Shown: piece after piece, positions 6,648 to 15,725 of the stretch | Layout of the letters: the number at the start of each line of letters is the position of its first letter | Numbering within the stretch: the first letter of the stretch is position 1 | Assembly (NCBI GenBank): GCA_043826455.1 | Contig: JBDRQD010000050.1 | Span: 1 to 27,978, forward strand | Length of the DNA: 27,978 nt | From: Candidatus Bathyarchaeota archaeon | GTDB lineage: Archaea > Thermoproteota > Bathyarchaeia > TCS64 | Direction of reading: 5' to 3' | Translations under genes and position numbers: made by a program | Notes under the pieces: model-generated | The model's database searches: none | Seen by the model: the letters and a program-made list of their open reading frames with translations, nothing else | Told to the model about the DNA's origin: nothing

Positions 6648-8303
6648 TCATGACTGTACATCAGGGTTAACCCGTTTAGATAACAATGATGAAGCCCTGT
6701 AAACTATGGCCATGGATAGAGCCCACAGTCCGGCTAAAATGTAGGGGTTAATGAGAGAAGCCTCCATCAGTTGGCCGGACTCCTCATATCTGGTCATGGT
6801 TACGGGGTTGAGCAGGGCTTCGACTGGAGCGTAGTTGTCCACGAGGACCATCCTCCTACCGAAGGGCTCCCCAGTGTAGAGCATCCCGTAGTAGCTTAGA
6901 GCCCTGCGAGGGTCCTGATGCGCCGATGACATGCTGCTGTTGAAGGTCTGATCCGTGATGGGCTTCGGGTCGCTCGACGCCACCATAACGATGTTCCTGA
7001 CCATTGCCTCGGGGACGTCGAGTGTGGAGAACATGTGCACGTGGGGGTAAACCTGGGCCACGGTCTCCGCCTCACACCATAGCAGCTCAGAGGTGTCCCC
7101 CACGAAGCTGCCTATCAGGTTTGACACCAGCACTCCTCCCTCGTTAAGGTGCCGCCTAAGAAGCTGATGGAACTCCAGAGTCATGAGGTGGAACGGCACA
7201 TAGGTGTGGCTGTAGGCGTCCAGCACAACAAGGTCGTAGGAACCTGCTTGGTCTAGGAAGGCCCTGCCGTCCATGGTGTAGACGCGTAGACGCGGCTCAT
7301 CCCTGGGCACATAGAAGTACGTGTAGGCAGCCTCTACGACAAAGGGGTCGATCTCGACGACGTCAACATTTACCCAGGGGTACTGCTCCAGGAATTGCTT
7401 CGGCCCCGAGAAGCCTCCCCCGCCTATGAATAGCACATCGGTGATGCTTGGGTTGAACCCAAAAGCCAGGTTAAAGTAGTCAGTGTAGCGGGAAGCAGCT
7501 TTAGTTGAGCCGTTGAGGTACATGAGGCTGTGGGCCATGTCGTTTAGAAACATGTACCGGACCCCTTCCGCGGTGTTATCCACGACGGTCAGCGTGCTGT
7601 ATGGGGTCTCCTTCCTGTAGACAGCCGTGCCCCCCAGTACCCTCAGCCTGCCGCCGACCAGAGCCTCGGGTAAGAGGAGGAGCCCCACCATGAGTATCAG
7701 GAACAACTTATCTTTCAGGTCCCTACCGATGAGGGACACAAACACGAGTAGCACGCCCAGACTCGTGATGATCTCGCGGGTTCCGAAGACAGGTATAAGG
7801 ACGAAAACCGTGAAGAATGTCCCGAATATGCTGCCCGCCGTGTTCACGCTGCTGAGGCCCCCCGACACAGATCCTATGCTCACCATGTCGTCTGCGGAGA
7901 GCCTCACAGTGTAGGGGCTCACCATCCCGAGGAGAACAGTCGGCCCCGTGAGCAGCAGCATGGAGGCCAGCAGCGGGCCGTATACATCTCCCAGCCCGAC
8001 GCGCCTTATGAGTTCGATGACGTAGGGGGCCGCCCAGGGTATGGCCAGGACGAGGAACCCCGCCGCTAATATTATGTTGGAGAGCTCATGGATGCTGCTA
8101 ATCCTGTCGGCCCTCCTGCCGCCCAGCCAGTAACCAGCCGCCAACGCCAACATGATCACACCTATCAAACTGCCCCAGACGAACACGCTGTCGCCGAAGG
8201 CCGGGGCGAAAAGCCTGCTCGCCATAAGCTCCACACCCATGACCGCCGCCCCCGAAGCGAAAGCTATGAAGCGGACCCTCCAGATGAACAAGCTTGAGCT
8301 CAT
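6648..8303 (-). CDS. Fused membrane domain / spermidine-synthase-like SAM-dependent transferase
   Basis: About 7 N-terminal TM helices (FASGAAVMGVELMASRLFAPAFG, NTAGSIFGT) followed by a Rossmann domain (VLFIGGGGF, VVEIDP, DGRAFL, DLVVLDAYS, VPFHLMTLEF, DNYAPVE) and a C-terminal TM helix. ATG 8303 is preferred over 8375. Confidence 0.88.
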   Translation of the reverse strand: MSSSLFIWRVRFIAFASGAAVMGVELMASRLFAPAFGDSVFVWGSLIGVIMLALAAGYWLGGRRADRISSIHELSNIILAAGFLVLAIPWAAPYVIELIRRVGLGDVYGPLLASMLLLTGPTVLLGMVSPYTVRLSADDMVSIGSVSGGLSSVNTAGSIFGTFFTVFVLIPVFGTREIITSLGVLLVFVSLIGRDLKDKLFLILMVGLLLLPEALVGGRLRVLGGTAVYRKETPYSTLTVVDNTAEGVRYMFLNDMAHSLMYLNGSTKAASRYTDYFNLAFGFNPSITDVLFIGGGGFSGPKQFLEQYPWVNVDVVEIDPFVVEAAYTYFYVPRDEPRLRVYTMDGRAFLDQAGSYDLVVLDAYSHTYVPFHLMTLEFHQLLRRHLNEGGVLVSNLIGSFVGDTSELLWCEAETVAQVYPHVHMFSTLDVPEAMVRNIVMVASSDPKPITDQTFNSSMSSAHQDPRRALSYYGMLYTGEPFGRRMVLVDNYAPVEALLNPVTMTRYEESGQLMEASLINPYILAGLWALSMAIVYRASSLLSKRVNPDVQS

Positions 8304-8386
8304 AACAAATGGATGAGCAGGATTCGTAATAAAGTTATAAGAGAAATAGTGGCAACCAAGTCCGTCCGCGCACATTAGTGGTTAAT

Positions 8387-8662
8387 CTAGACCCCATTTA
8401 AAGAGGTGCGCGAGCCGGGGTCCTCGTAAACGAGGATGATGCCCGCGGTGAGAGCGGCCACACCGACTATGAGCTGGGGGAAAACATATGACGGCACCTG
8501 TATCAGGTCGTACTGAACTGGGACCCAGAACTGTCCCTCGGCTGGCGTACTACAGACACGAACCATTTCGTCTCCCTGAGCGCCCTGAACTATTATGTAC
8601 GAGTTTACACACAGCAGGCAACCGAGCAGAAATAACGCCAAGCCTGCCATCCGTTTATCCAT
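8387..8662 (-). CDS. Small hypothetical two-TM membrane protein
   Basis: 91 aa with N- and C-terminal hydrophobic helices. It starts 10 bp after the permease stop on the same strand. Confidence 0.65.
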   Translation of the reverse strand: MDKRMAGLALFLLGCLLCVNSYIIVQGAQGDEMVRVCSTPAEGQFWVPVQYDLIQVPSYVFPQLIVGVAALTAGIILVYEDPGSRTSLNGV

Positions 8663-8671
8663 GCTTATGTT

Positions 8672-9631
8672 TCAGTTGCAGCTGGATATATCCTTGCGGG
8701 TTTTACTCTTGTACGCTAAAGCAGCCACCAGGAAGGCCGCGGGGAACAGCGAACGGTACTCGCCCACCCAGACACCGAGAACGGTCGTGCTCAGAGTGAT
8801 TAACAGTATCTCCAGGGCGCCGACGAAAACCCCAAGAGGTAACGCGACCCACAGGGACAAGCCCTCAGCGAGTACGGCAGAGGCTAGTACAGGGGCGAAG
8901 AACAGTTCACAGTCTCTACCCATCTCCCCCTTGAACATGTATGGCAGCAGGACCCCGCCGAGCCCTGCCACTCCCCCGGCGAGGAACCATGAGACGAGCC
9001 TAACCATCCCGGTGTCAATGCCTGAGATCTGAGCCAGGCTGGGGTTCTCCGACACAGCCGACATTATGCATGCCGCCCGGCTCCTCTTCATGGTAACATA
9101 GACGCCGACTGTGAGCAGTATGACGGCCAGGCTTGAGGCGATTAGGCTCCACCTGAGCCCCGCCACCGACCCATCCACGTAGTGGAAGTGAGTTCCCACT
9201 GTGAACTTGGACGCTGTGGGTCCGCACCACAGAGGCGAGTCCACCCTTCGGCTGAGGAAGTACTCGGCGACCGTCAACACCGATACGCTGGTGAAGAGGA
9301 AGGTCAGCCCAGTGAGTGATATGAGGGCCTCACTAGTCCCCTTTGCCTCCAGCCTCCTGTAGACTAGGTGGTAGGTTAGGGCGTTAAAGGCCCCCGTTAA
9401 GATAGATACCACGGGGAGGGTAACCATGGGGTCGACGCCCAGGAGCTGGGAGACGAGGAAGCCCGCCCCCATGCTCACCCCAAGGTTGACGGTGAAGCCC
9501 AGGTTCATGTACCCCGTTGCCTCATGGATCAATCTGAACCCGAGGGCGGTGAGCCCCGTGACTGTACCGTATACCACTGCTACATGAATCAGCGCGGGCA
9601 CAGGCACGAGTAAACCTATGTTGATTGACAA
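8672..9631 (-). CDS. Branched-chain amino acid ABC transporter permease-like protein (LivH family)
   Basis: LTALGFRLIHEATGYMNLG and AVSENPSLAQISGID..VRLVSWFLAGGVAGLGGVL motifs; 8-9 hydrophobic segments. Confidence 0.85.
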   Translation of the reverse strand: MSINIGLLVPVPALIHVAVVYGTVTGLTALGFRLIHEATGYMNLGFTVNLGVSMGAGFLVSQLLGVDPMVTLPVVSILTGAFNALTYHLVYRRLEAKGTSEALISLTGLTFLFTSVSVLTVAEYFLSRRVDSPLWCGPTASKFTVGTHFHYVDGSVAGLRWSLIASSLAVILLTVGVYVTMKRSRAACIMSAVSENPSLAQISGIDTGMVRLVSWFLAGGVAGLGGVLLPYMFKGEMGRDCELFFAPVLASAVLAEGLSLWVALPLGVFVGALEILLITLSTTVLGVWVGEYRSLFPAAFLVAALAYKSKTRKDISSCN

Positions 9632-9701
9632 TTTAAATGGTTTCTATGAAAATAAGGTAAAGGAACAAAGTTAGACATCGTCTAATCCATGAAAATAGAA
9701 G

Positions 9702-11984
9702 CTAACGGTTCTCTTCCACATCTTCAGGGGGCTCGTCGTTGGGCTCCCTGTACTCCTCCTCTGTGAACTCCGTCAGGGCGCTCTGCGCAATCTCGGCGGT
9801 CTTAAGCCTCTCCCACTCCTCCTTCTCCACGACGCCCCCCACCTGCTCCTTGATGGACATGGCGATCCGGGGCCCTATGAGAGGCAAGGCTGTCAACTGC
9901 CTTATGTCGGCCCTCTTGAGGCGGGCCAGGGTCGTGTACCCCGAGTTATACAGAATCTGGGCCCTGACGCGGCCTATGCCCTTGAGCCCAACGAGGGGCA
10001 GCAGCTTGTCGGTGACCCCGTGCTGCACCCTAACCCTCAGCTTCCTCAGGTGAAGCCTGGGCTCAGGCATCCCCAGCACCCCGGCCAACTCATGAGCCGA
10101 GTACAGGAGCCACTCGGCGCTGCTGACGGCGCTGTACCTGTCCCCGGGCTGGACGTTGAACCTCTCCAGTAGGTCGCTCTCGCTCACCTCCTCTATCCAG
10201 GCCTCCAACACCATGGCGGTCTTCACCTCCCCCAGGAACTCCTCGTAGTCTATGTAGTCGCCGCCCTCCGAGACGTGGACGGCTATCTCGTCCCTGTGCT
10301 CCTCGAAGTAGGTCTCCACAAGCTCCATGTCCTTGCGGCCGGGCCTCAGGGTGGGCCTCATGTCCGGGGTGTGGCATATGAGGTGTAGCCATGTGAAGTC
10401 TGTGACGTCCAGCGAGTCCCTCTTCAGGCCGTCTCTCATGACGACGGCCGTCAGCGGGTCTATGTAGAGTTCGCTCACCCTCCGGCCGAAGTCAGTGGCC
10501 TGGTACCTGTCCCCCTGGTACGCTATCATTCCCTCCCTCTCCAGGTACCGGAGGGTGTTGCCCAGGATGAGCCTGATGCCCGTTGTAGGATAATTGTATC
10601 CGTAGAAGGTGGAGCCGAAGAAGTCCAGGAGGCCCCCCTCCGTGTGGGCGTAGTCCGAGGCTACCGCGGCTAGGGTGTGGCCCCTGAGGGCTGACTCCTG
10701 GGCCAGGCGGCTGTCGATCCTCTCAGGCTCCGCCAGGATGTAGTCTTTCATGAGGTACTCGGCCTCGTCGTCTGAGCCCGCTATGAGCAGGGCCTCCCCC
10801 ACGTCGTCGTACTGGGGTCTGCCGGCTCTGCCGCTCATCTGCTTGTACTCCAGCACCGGTATGGGGTACATGCCGTAGCCGGGCACGAACCTCCGGTAGC
10901 TGCCTATGACCACTGTCCTGGCGGGCAGGTTGACGCCGGCGGCCAGGGTCGGGGTGGCAGCCAGTATCTTGATGGCTCCCCTCTTGAAGCCGTCCTCTAT
11001 GATCCTCCTGTGGTCCCTGTTGAGGCCGGCGTGGTGGAAAGCAGCTCCGCCCTCCACGCAGGCGGCCAGATCGTCGGTGAGCCTGGTCTTCTCCCCGTGG
11101 ACCGAGATGTTGGCTGACGCCTCATGGAGCTGGGTGAGCTCCCGCCTGGACAGCCGCTGCTTCAAGGCGTTGGACGCCATCCGGGCTGTGCTCTCCGCCC
11201 GTCGTCTACTCTCTACGAAGATGAGGCTTTGGCCCTTGTTCTGGATGGCGTTCATGGCCAGGTTTATAGGGTCCTTTTCATGGAGGCCCTCGATGCTTCG
11301 GACCGTACCGTCCTTGAATGTGATGTGGCTGCCCAGGGCTACGCCCTCCCTGAGCTCCACGGGCCTCCAATCCGTTGTGACGCTCTCAGCCTTCAGCCAG
11401 TCCGCTATCTCCGCGGCGTTCCGTATAGTTGCACTGAGGGCCAGTATCTGGACATCGGAGCTCATCTGCCTGAGGCGGGCCAGGCTCACCTCCAGGGTCG
11501 GCCCCCTGTCGCTCCCTATTAGGTGAATCTCATCAGCTATAACCAGGCTTATGCCGCTCATCCAGGGGCTCCTGTGGCGGAGGAGACTGTCACACTTCTC
11601 GTTGGTGCAGATGACAATATCGTAGGCCTTTAGCCAGGGGCTGCTGTTATCCATGTCTCCGGTGCTGACGCCCACCCTGATCTTCCTGCCGTCGGGCTTC
11701 TCCAGCCGGGTGTAGGCCTGGAACTCCTCGTACTTCTCCCACGTCAGCGCCCTCAGGGGCGTCAGGTACAGCACCTTGCCGCCCCTCTCCAGCACATGCT
11801 TCATGGCGCAGAGCTCTGCGATGAGGGTTTTGCCGCTGGCTGTGGGGCTGGCCAACACCAGGTTGCGGCCGTTCAGGACCCCTGTGGCTATGGCGTCCGC
11901 CTGGGGCGGGTAGAGCTCACCTATGCCTCTCTCCTGCAGCAGGCGCTTCACCTGGATGGGTACGTCGAGGTCAGCCACATTCAC
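9702..11984 (-). CDS. hel308: Hel308/Hjm Ski2-like ATP-dependent DNA helicase
   Basis: Q motif LYPPQ, PTASGKT, DEIH, ALSATI, AFHHAGL, TPTLAAGVNLPA, QMSGRAGRPQYD and a C-terminal HhH. GTG 11984 is chosen from an RBS-like GGAG and TATA spacing; GTG 12005 is the alternative. Confidence 0.95.
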   Translation of the reverse strand: MNVADLDVPIQVKRLLQERGIGELYPPQADAIATGVLNGRNLVLASPTASGKTLIAELCAMKHVLERGGKVLYLTPLRALTWEKYEEFQAYTRLEKPDGRKIRVGVSTGDMDNSSPWLKAYDIVICTNEKCDSLLRHRSPWMSGISLVIADEIHLIGSDRGPTLEVSLARLRQMSSDVQILALSATIRNAAEIADWLKAESVTTDWRPVELREGVALGSHITFKDGTVRSIEGLHEKDPINLAMNAIQNKGQSLIFVESRRRAESTARMASNALKQRLSRRELTQLHEASANISVHGEKTRLTDDLAACVEGGAAFHHAGLNRDHRRIIEDGFKRGAIKILAATPTLAAGVNLPARTVVIGSYRRFVPGYGMYPIPVLEYKQMSGRAGRPQYDDVGEALLIAGSDDEAEYLMKDYILAEPERIDSRLAQESALRGHTLAAVASDYAHTEGGLLDFFGSTFYGYNYPTTGIRLILGNTLRYLEREGMIAYQGDRYQATDFGRRVSELYIDPLTAVVMRDGLKRDSLDVTDFTWLHLICHTPDMRPTLRPGRKDMELVETYFEEHRDEIAVHVSEGGDYIDYEEFLGEVKTAMVLEAWIEEVSESDLLERFNVQPGDRYSAVSSAEWLLYSAHELAGVLGMPEPRLHLRKLRVRVQHGVTDKLLPLVGLKGIGRVRAQILYNSGYTTLARLKRADIRQLTALPLIGPRIAMSIKEQVGGVVEKEEWERLKTAEIAQSALTEFTEEEYREPNDEPPEDVEENR

Positions 11985-12035
11985 GGGGTCCAGCTCCCAG
12001 AACACTTGTGGGGTTCCGCCATATATCTGGTTGGG

Positions 12036-12830
12036 TCACCCGTTGGGCAGCCTCTCCCGGGTGAGCTCAACGAGGCGATCCACGGCTCGCGCCACCTTCT
12101 CCTCCACCTCTTCCTGGTCCTCGCCAAGGAAGCTGACCCAGAGCCTGATGCCTTCCTCCCCGTAGGGCTTCACCATGGACTTGACGTAGACGCCGGGCAC
12201 CTCCGCCATAACCTGGTCGATGATGGGCGCAAGGGTGGACTCATCCCGGAGGGGAAGCGCCACTATCCTCTCGGCGTAGACCCCTCTCACCATCCTCTTC
12301 AGGATGGGCGCCACCTGGTCGTCGAATATCCACTTCAGCTCCAGGGGGACCCCGGGCAGGCAGATGATGGTGGAGTCCCCTGATTTTAGGAGGACCCCGG
12401 GGGCGCCCCCCACCCTGTTATCAAGGGGCCTGGAGCCCTGGGGCAGTACCGCCATCTTCCTTCGGCTGTCAGTCATCTCCCCGCTCTCTATGATTCCCCT
12501 CTCGTGGAGCACCCTGTACTGGCGCGCCACTATATCCAGGGACGCCTGGTCCAGCTCCAGGAGCAGCCCCAGCCCATGCGCCACCCCCTGAAGGGTCATG
12601 TCGTCGTGGGTGGGCCCCAGGCCCCCCGTGGTGAACACCAGGCCGCAGCCGTTCCCTAGGAGCATGTTGAGGGCGGCCCCTATCTCCTCTACGTTGTCTC
12701 TGACGGTGATGGACTCGTGAACCTGGAATCCCATGGGCTTGAGGCGGTTGATTATCCACTGGCTGTTGGTGTCCAGTACGACGCCGTCCAGTATCTCGTT
12801 GCCCACCACCAGGATGCCTACTGTGTTCAA
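12036..12830 (-). CDS. CinA N-terminal-like molybdopterin-binding-fold protein (nucleotide pyrophosphatase family)
   Basis: VGNEILDGVVLDTNSQW, TTGGLGPTHDDMT and LPGVPLE. There is no C-terminal NMN deamidase (PncC) domain, so this is the short archaeal form. Confidence 0.88.
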   Translation of the reverse strand: MNTVGILVVGNEILDGVVLDTNSQWIINRLKPMGFQVHESITVRDNVEEIGAALNMLLGNGCGLVFTTGGLGPTHDDMTLQGVAHGLGLLLELDQASLDIVARQYRVLHERGIIESGEMTDSRRKMAVLPQGSRPLDNRVGGAPGVLLKSGDSTIICLPGVPLELKWIFDDQVAPILKRMVRGVYAERIVALPLRDESTLAPIIDQVMAEVPGVYVKSMVKPYGEEGIRLWVSFLGEDQEEVEEKVARAVDRLVELTRERLPNG

Positions 12831-12864
12831 GATGGATGAGATATGGGCTGTGGGGTGATAATTC

Positions 12865-13344
12865 TTACTCTACGTGGACCTTGATGGTGGTGGTTATGGG
12901 GATGGCTGGTTCGATGCTTCTTGTGAGGTGGCAGTATTCTTTGGCTCGTTCAGCGCATTTCTGGTTCAGCTGCTCGTTCTCTTGGTCGCTCCATACCTGT
13001 ATGTCTATGTTGATGCCTGTTACCCTGTACCCGTCTGTCTTGGTGAGTTCGATGTCGGAGGATACGTTTACTGTGAGGTCTCGTGTTTCGGTGTCCAGCA
13101 TTCGGCGGTAGTAGTTGAAGGTGTTTACTATGCATCCTGCGAGGCTCGCCATGAATAGCTGGTCTGGGCAGGGGGCTGCCTCGTTTCCATCGTACTCGCG
13201 TGGGGCGTCGAAGTCCTGTGTGAATCCGTCGAGGTGGGCGGTCCCCCCTGTCATGTGGTTCCACTTTACCTCTGCGCTGTACTTGAGGTGTTTCTTGAGC
13301 TTCATGCCATGTTCCTCTACTTGGCGATTCTTAGGGGTTACCAT
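12865..13344 (-). CDS. OsmC/Ohr family protein
   Basis: PDQLFMASLAGC and AKEYCHLTRSI carry the two family cysteines. The start may be ATG 13305 (MKLKK). Confidence 0.87.
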   Translation of the reverse strand: MVTPKNRQVEEHGMKLKKHLKYSAEVKWNHMTGGTAHLDGFTQDFDAPREYDGNEAAPCPDQLFMASLAGCIVNTFNYYRRMLDTETRDLTVNVSSDIELTKTDGYRVTGINIDIQVWSDQENEQLNQKCAERAKEYCHLTRSIEPAIPITTTIKVHVE

Positions 13345-13537
13345 GCCTTTGCTTCAAGTAGTTTGATAGCTCGATGAAAAAATCTTGGATGACCATTTTC
13401 TCAAGAACGGAAATATCTTGGCTTGTTTGAGGCTCTTCCATTAACTCCGACGTGTTAATTTGCTGTTTTCAGATTCACGGCTTATGCGTTAAACTTAAAT
13501 CGCCACTTGGGGTGGGTTCTTTGGTTCTGGTGATCTC

Positions 13538-14536
13538 GTGACCTGCACGGTAGTTGTTGACGGCTTCTATGGAGACGGTGGAAAAGGAAAGATAGTATCA
13601 TACCTAGCGGTGGCGGACGACGCCAATGTCTGCGCCCGGGGAGGGGTGGGACCTAACGCCGGCCACACGGTGGTGATGGACGGCAAAGAGTACAAGCTCA
13701 GAATGGTGCCCTGCGGCTTCGTGAACCCCAAAACCCTTGAGCTGATAGGCCCCGGAGTCGTGGTGAACCCCGAGGTGTTCCTCCGGGAGGTAGAGATGAC
13801 GGGAATCGAGGGCAGGGTGGGCCTGGACCCCCAGTGCGCCATCATAGAGCAGAAGCACATAGAGCAGGACAGGCGGGGCTACTTGAAGGAGAAGATAGGC
13901 ACCACGGGCACAGGCACGGGCCCCTGCAACGCGGACAGGGCCCTGAGGGTCGTCAAGATGGCCCGGGAGGTCCCCGAGCTTAAACCCTACATCAGGGACG
14001 TTCCGCTTCTAGTCAACTCCGCGCTGGACAGAGAGGAGACAGTGATCCTGGAGGGCACCCAGGGCACCTACATTAGCCTGTTCCACGGAGGCTACCCCTA
14101 CGTCACCAGCAAGGACGTCTGCGCCGCAGGCATCTGCAGCGACGTGGGCGTCGGCCCCACCAGGGTGGACGAGGTGGTCATGGTGTGCAAGGCCTACGTG
14201 ACCCGAGTCGGCGAGGGCCCCCTGGACGGGGAGATCAGCTTCGAGGAGGCAAAGAGGCGCGGCTGGGACGAGTACGGCACCGTCACGGGCCGCCAGAGGC
14301 GGGCCGCTCCCTTCAACCACGGCCTGGCGAAGAGGGCAGCCATGCTCAACGGGGCCACCCAGTTGGCCATAACCAAGTTCGACATACTGTACCCGGAGCT
14401 TAAAGGCTCCAGCAACATCGGCGACCTGTCCTCCGAGGCAAAGAAGTTCATACAGGTCATAGAGGACAAGGTGGGCCTACCGGTCACCTTCATAGGCACT
14501 GGGCCGGACGTCAAAGAGGTCGTCGACAGGCGCTAG
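13538..14536 (+). CDS. purA: Adenylosuccinate synthetase (short archaeal type)
   Basis: GDGGKGK, GPNAGHT, IGTTGTGTGP, EGTQG, YPYVTS, YVTRVGEGP and EYGTVTGRQRR. GGTGA RBS before the GTG, with a CTTAAAT TATA-like box upstream. Confidence 0.97.
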   Translation: MTCTVVVDGFYGDGGKGKIVSYLAVADDANVCARGGVGPNAGHTVVMDGKEYKLRMVPCGFVNPKTLELIGPGVVVNPEVFLREVEMTGIEGRVGLDPQCAIIEQKHIEQDRRGYLKEKIGTTGTGTGPCNADRALRVVKMAREVPELKPYIRDVPLLVNSALDREETVILEGTQGTYISLFHGGYPYVTSKDVCAAGICSDVGVGPTRVDEVVMVCKAYVTRVGEGPLDGEISFEEAKRRGWDEYGTVTGRQRRAAPFNHGLAKRAAMLNGATQLAITKFDILYPELKGSSNIGDLSSEAKKFIQVIEDKVGLPVTFIGTGPDVKEVVDRR

Positions 14537-15642
14537 CCGAACAGGCCCCTCTTCTTTCCCAGCTCCCGCTCCAGCTCCTCTATGAGCTCCCGCTGCCTGC
14601 GGCTCAGCTTCTTGGGTACAACCACCGTGACGTGCACAAGCTGGTCGCCTGTGCCGAACCTGCTGGGCATCCCCTTGCCCCGCATCCTTAGGATGTCACC
14701 GTTCTGTACGCCTGCGGGCACCGTGAGCTTGGCGGTTCCGCCGATGACGGGGACATCGATCTCGGTGCCCAGGGCGGCCTGGGGGAAGCTGATCTCGGCC
14801 TCGTATATGAGGTCGGAGCCGCGCCTGATGAGGCTCTCGTGGGGCTTCACCCGCACCATGACGTAGAGGTCCCCCGGTGATCCTCCGTAGGGGCCCGCCT
14901 CCCCCTGGCCCCTGAGGGTGAGGTAGACGCCGTCCTCGATGCCCGGGGGGATGTTCACCCTGATGGTGCGGCGCCGGTCCTCCAGCCCTGAGCCCCTGCA
15001 CTTGGTGCAAGGCGTCTCGGGGACCTGGCCGCGGCCCTCGCACCGGGGGCACGTGGTGACTGTTATCATCTGGCCGAAGAAGCTCTGGGTCCTCTGCTGT
15101 ATCTGGCCTGTGCCGTTGCACCGGGGGCAGCTGGTGACCCTGGTTCCGGGCTCGGCGCCGTTGCCGCCGCACCTGCTGCAGGGCTCCATCCTGTTGAGGC
15201 TCAGCTCTATCTCGGTGCCCAGGGCCGACTGCTCCAGGGTGACCTCCACCCTGGCCTCCAGGTCCCTGCCCCTCCGGGGCCCGGCCCTCTGGGCTCTGAA
15301 GCCGCCGCCGAACATGCCGCCGAAGATGCGGCTGAGGAGGTCATCCCCGAACCCGAACTCCCTGAATATGCTGCCGAAGTCTACGCCTCTGAAGATGTCC
15401 TCCTGGGTGTAGGCGCCGCTGATACCGGCGTGGCCGAAGGCGTCGTACTGCTGCTTCTTCTGGGGGTCGCTGAGGACCGCGTAGGCCTCGCTCACCTCCT
15501 TGAACCGCTCCTCGGCGTCGGGCTCCTTGTTGCGGTCGGGGTGGAGCTGGAAGGCCAGCTTCCTGAAGGCGCGTTTTATATCGTCCTGGCCGGCGTCCCT
15601 GCCTACTCCCAGAACCTCGTAGTAATCCCTTTTCCCCGACAA
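14533..15642 (-). CDS. dnaJ: Chaperone DnaJ (type I)
   Basis: J domain with HPD, a G/F-rich linker, four CxxCxGxG repeats and the C-terminal GDLYV motif. Confidence 0.97.
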   Translation of the reverse strand: MSGKRDYYEVLGVGRDAGQDDIKRAFRKLAFQLHPDRNKEPDAEERFKEVSEAYAVLSDPQKKQQYDAFGHAGISGAYTQEDIFRGVDFGSIFREFGFGDDLLSRIFGGMFGGGFRAQRAGPRRGRDLEARVEVTLEQSALGTEIELSLNRMEPCSRCGGNGAEPGTRVTSCPRCNGTGQIQQRTQSFFGQMITVTTCPRCEGRGQVPETPCTKCRGSGLEDRRRTIRVNIPPGIEDGVYLTLRGQGEAGPYGGSPGDLYVMVRVKPHESLIRRGSDLIYEAEISFPQAALGTEIDVPVIGGTAKLTVPAGVQNGDILRMRGKGMPSRFGTGDQLVHVTVVVPKKLSRRQRELIEELERELGKKRGLFG

Positions 15643-15689
15643 CCCGCCCCCTCGCTCAGCCCTTTTCGGTGTTTCTTCCCAAGACGTCT

Positions 15690-15698
15690 ACTTAAAAA
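15690..15698 (-). promoter_or_regulatory. Candidate dedicated TATA box (TTTTTAAGT) for dnaJ
   Basis: Located in the 83-bp gap between the M28 peptidase stop and the dnaJ TTG, downstream of a T-tract (15712-15717 on the minus strand). Confidence 0.45.
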
Positions 15699-15725
15699 CG
15701 TTGCCCGGTGATAAAAAGAGGGTGG

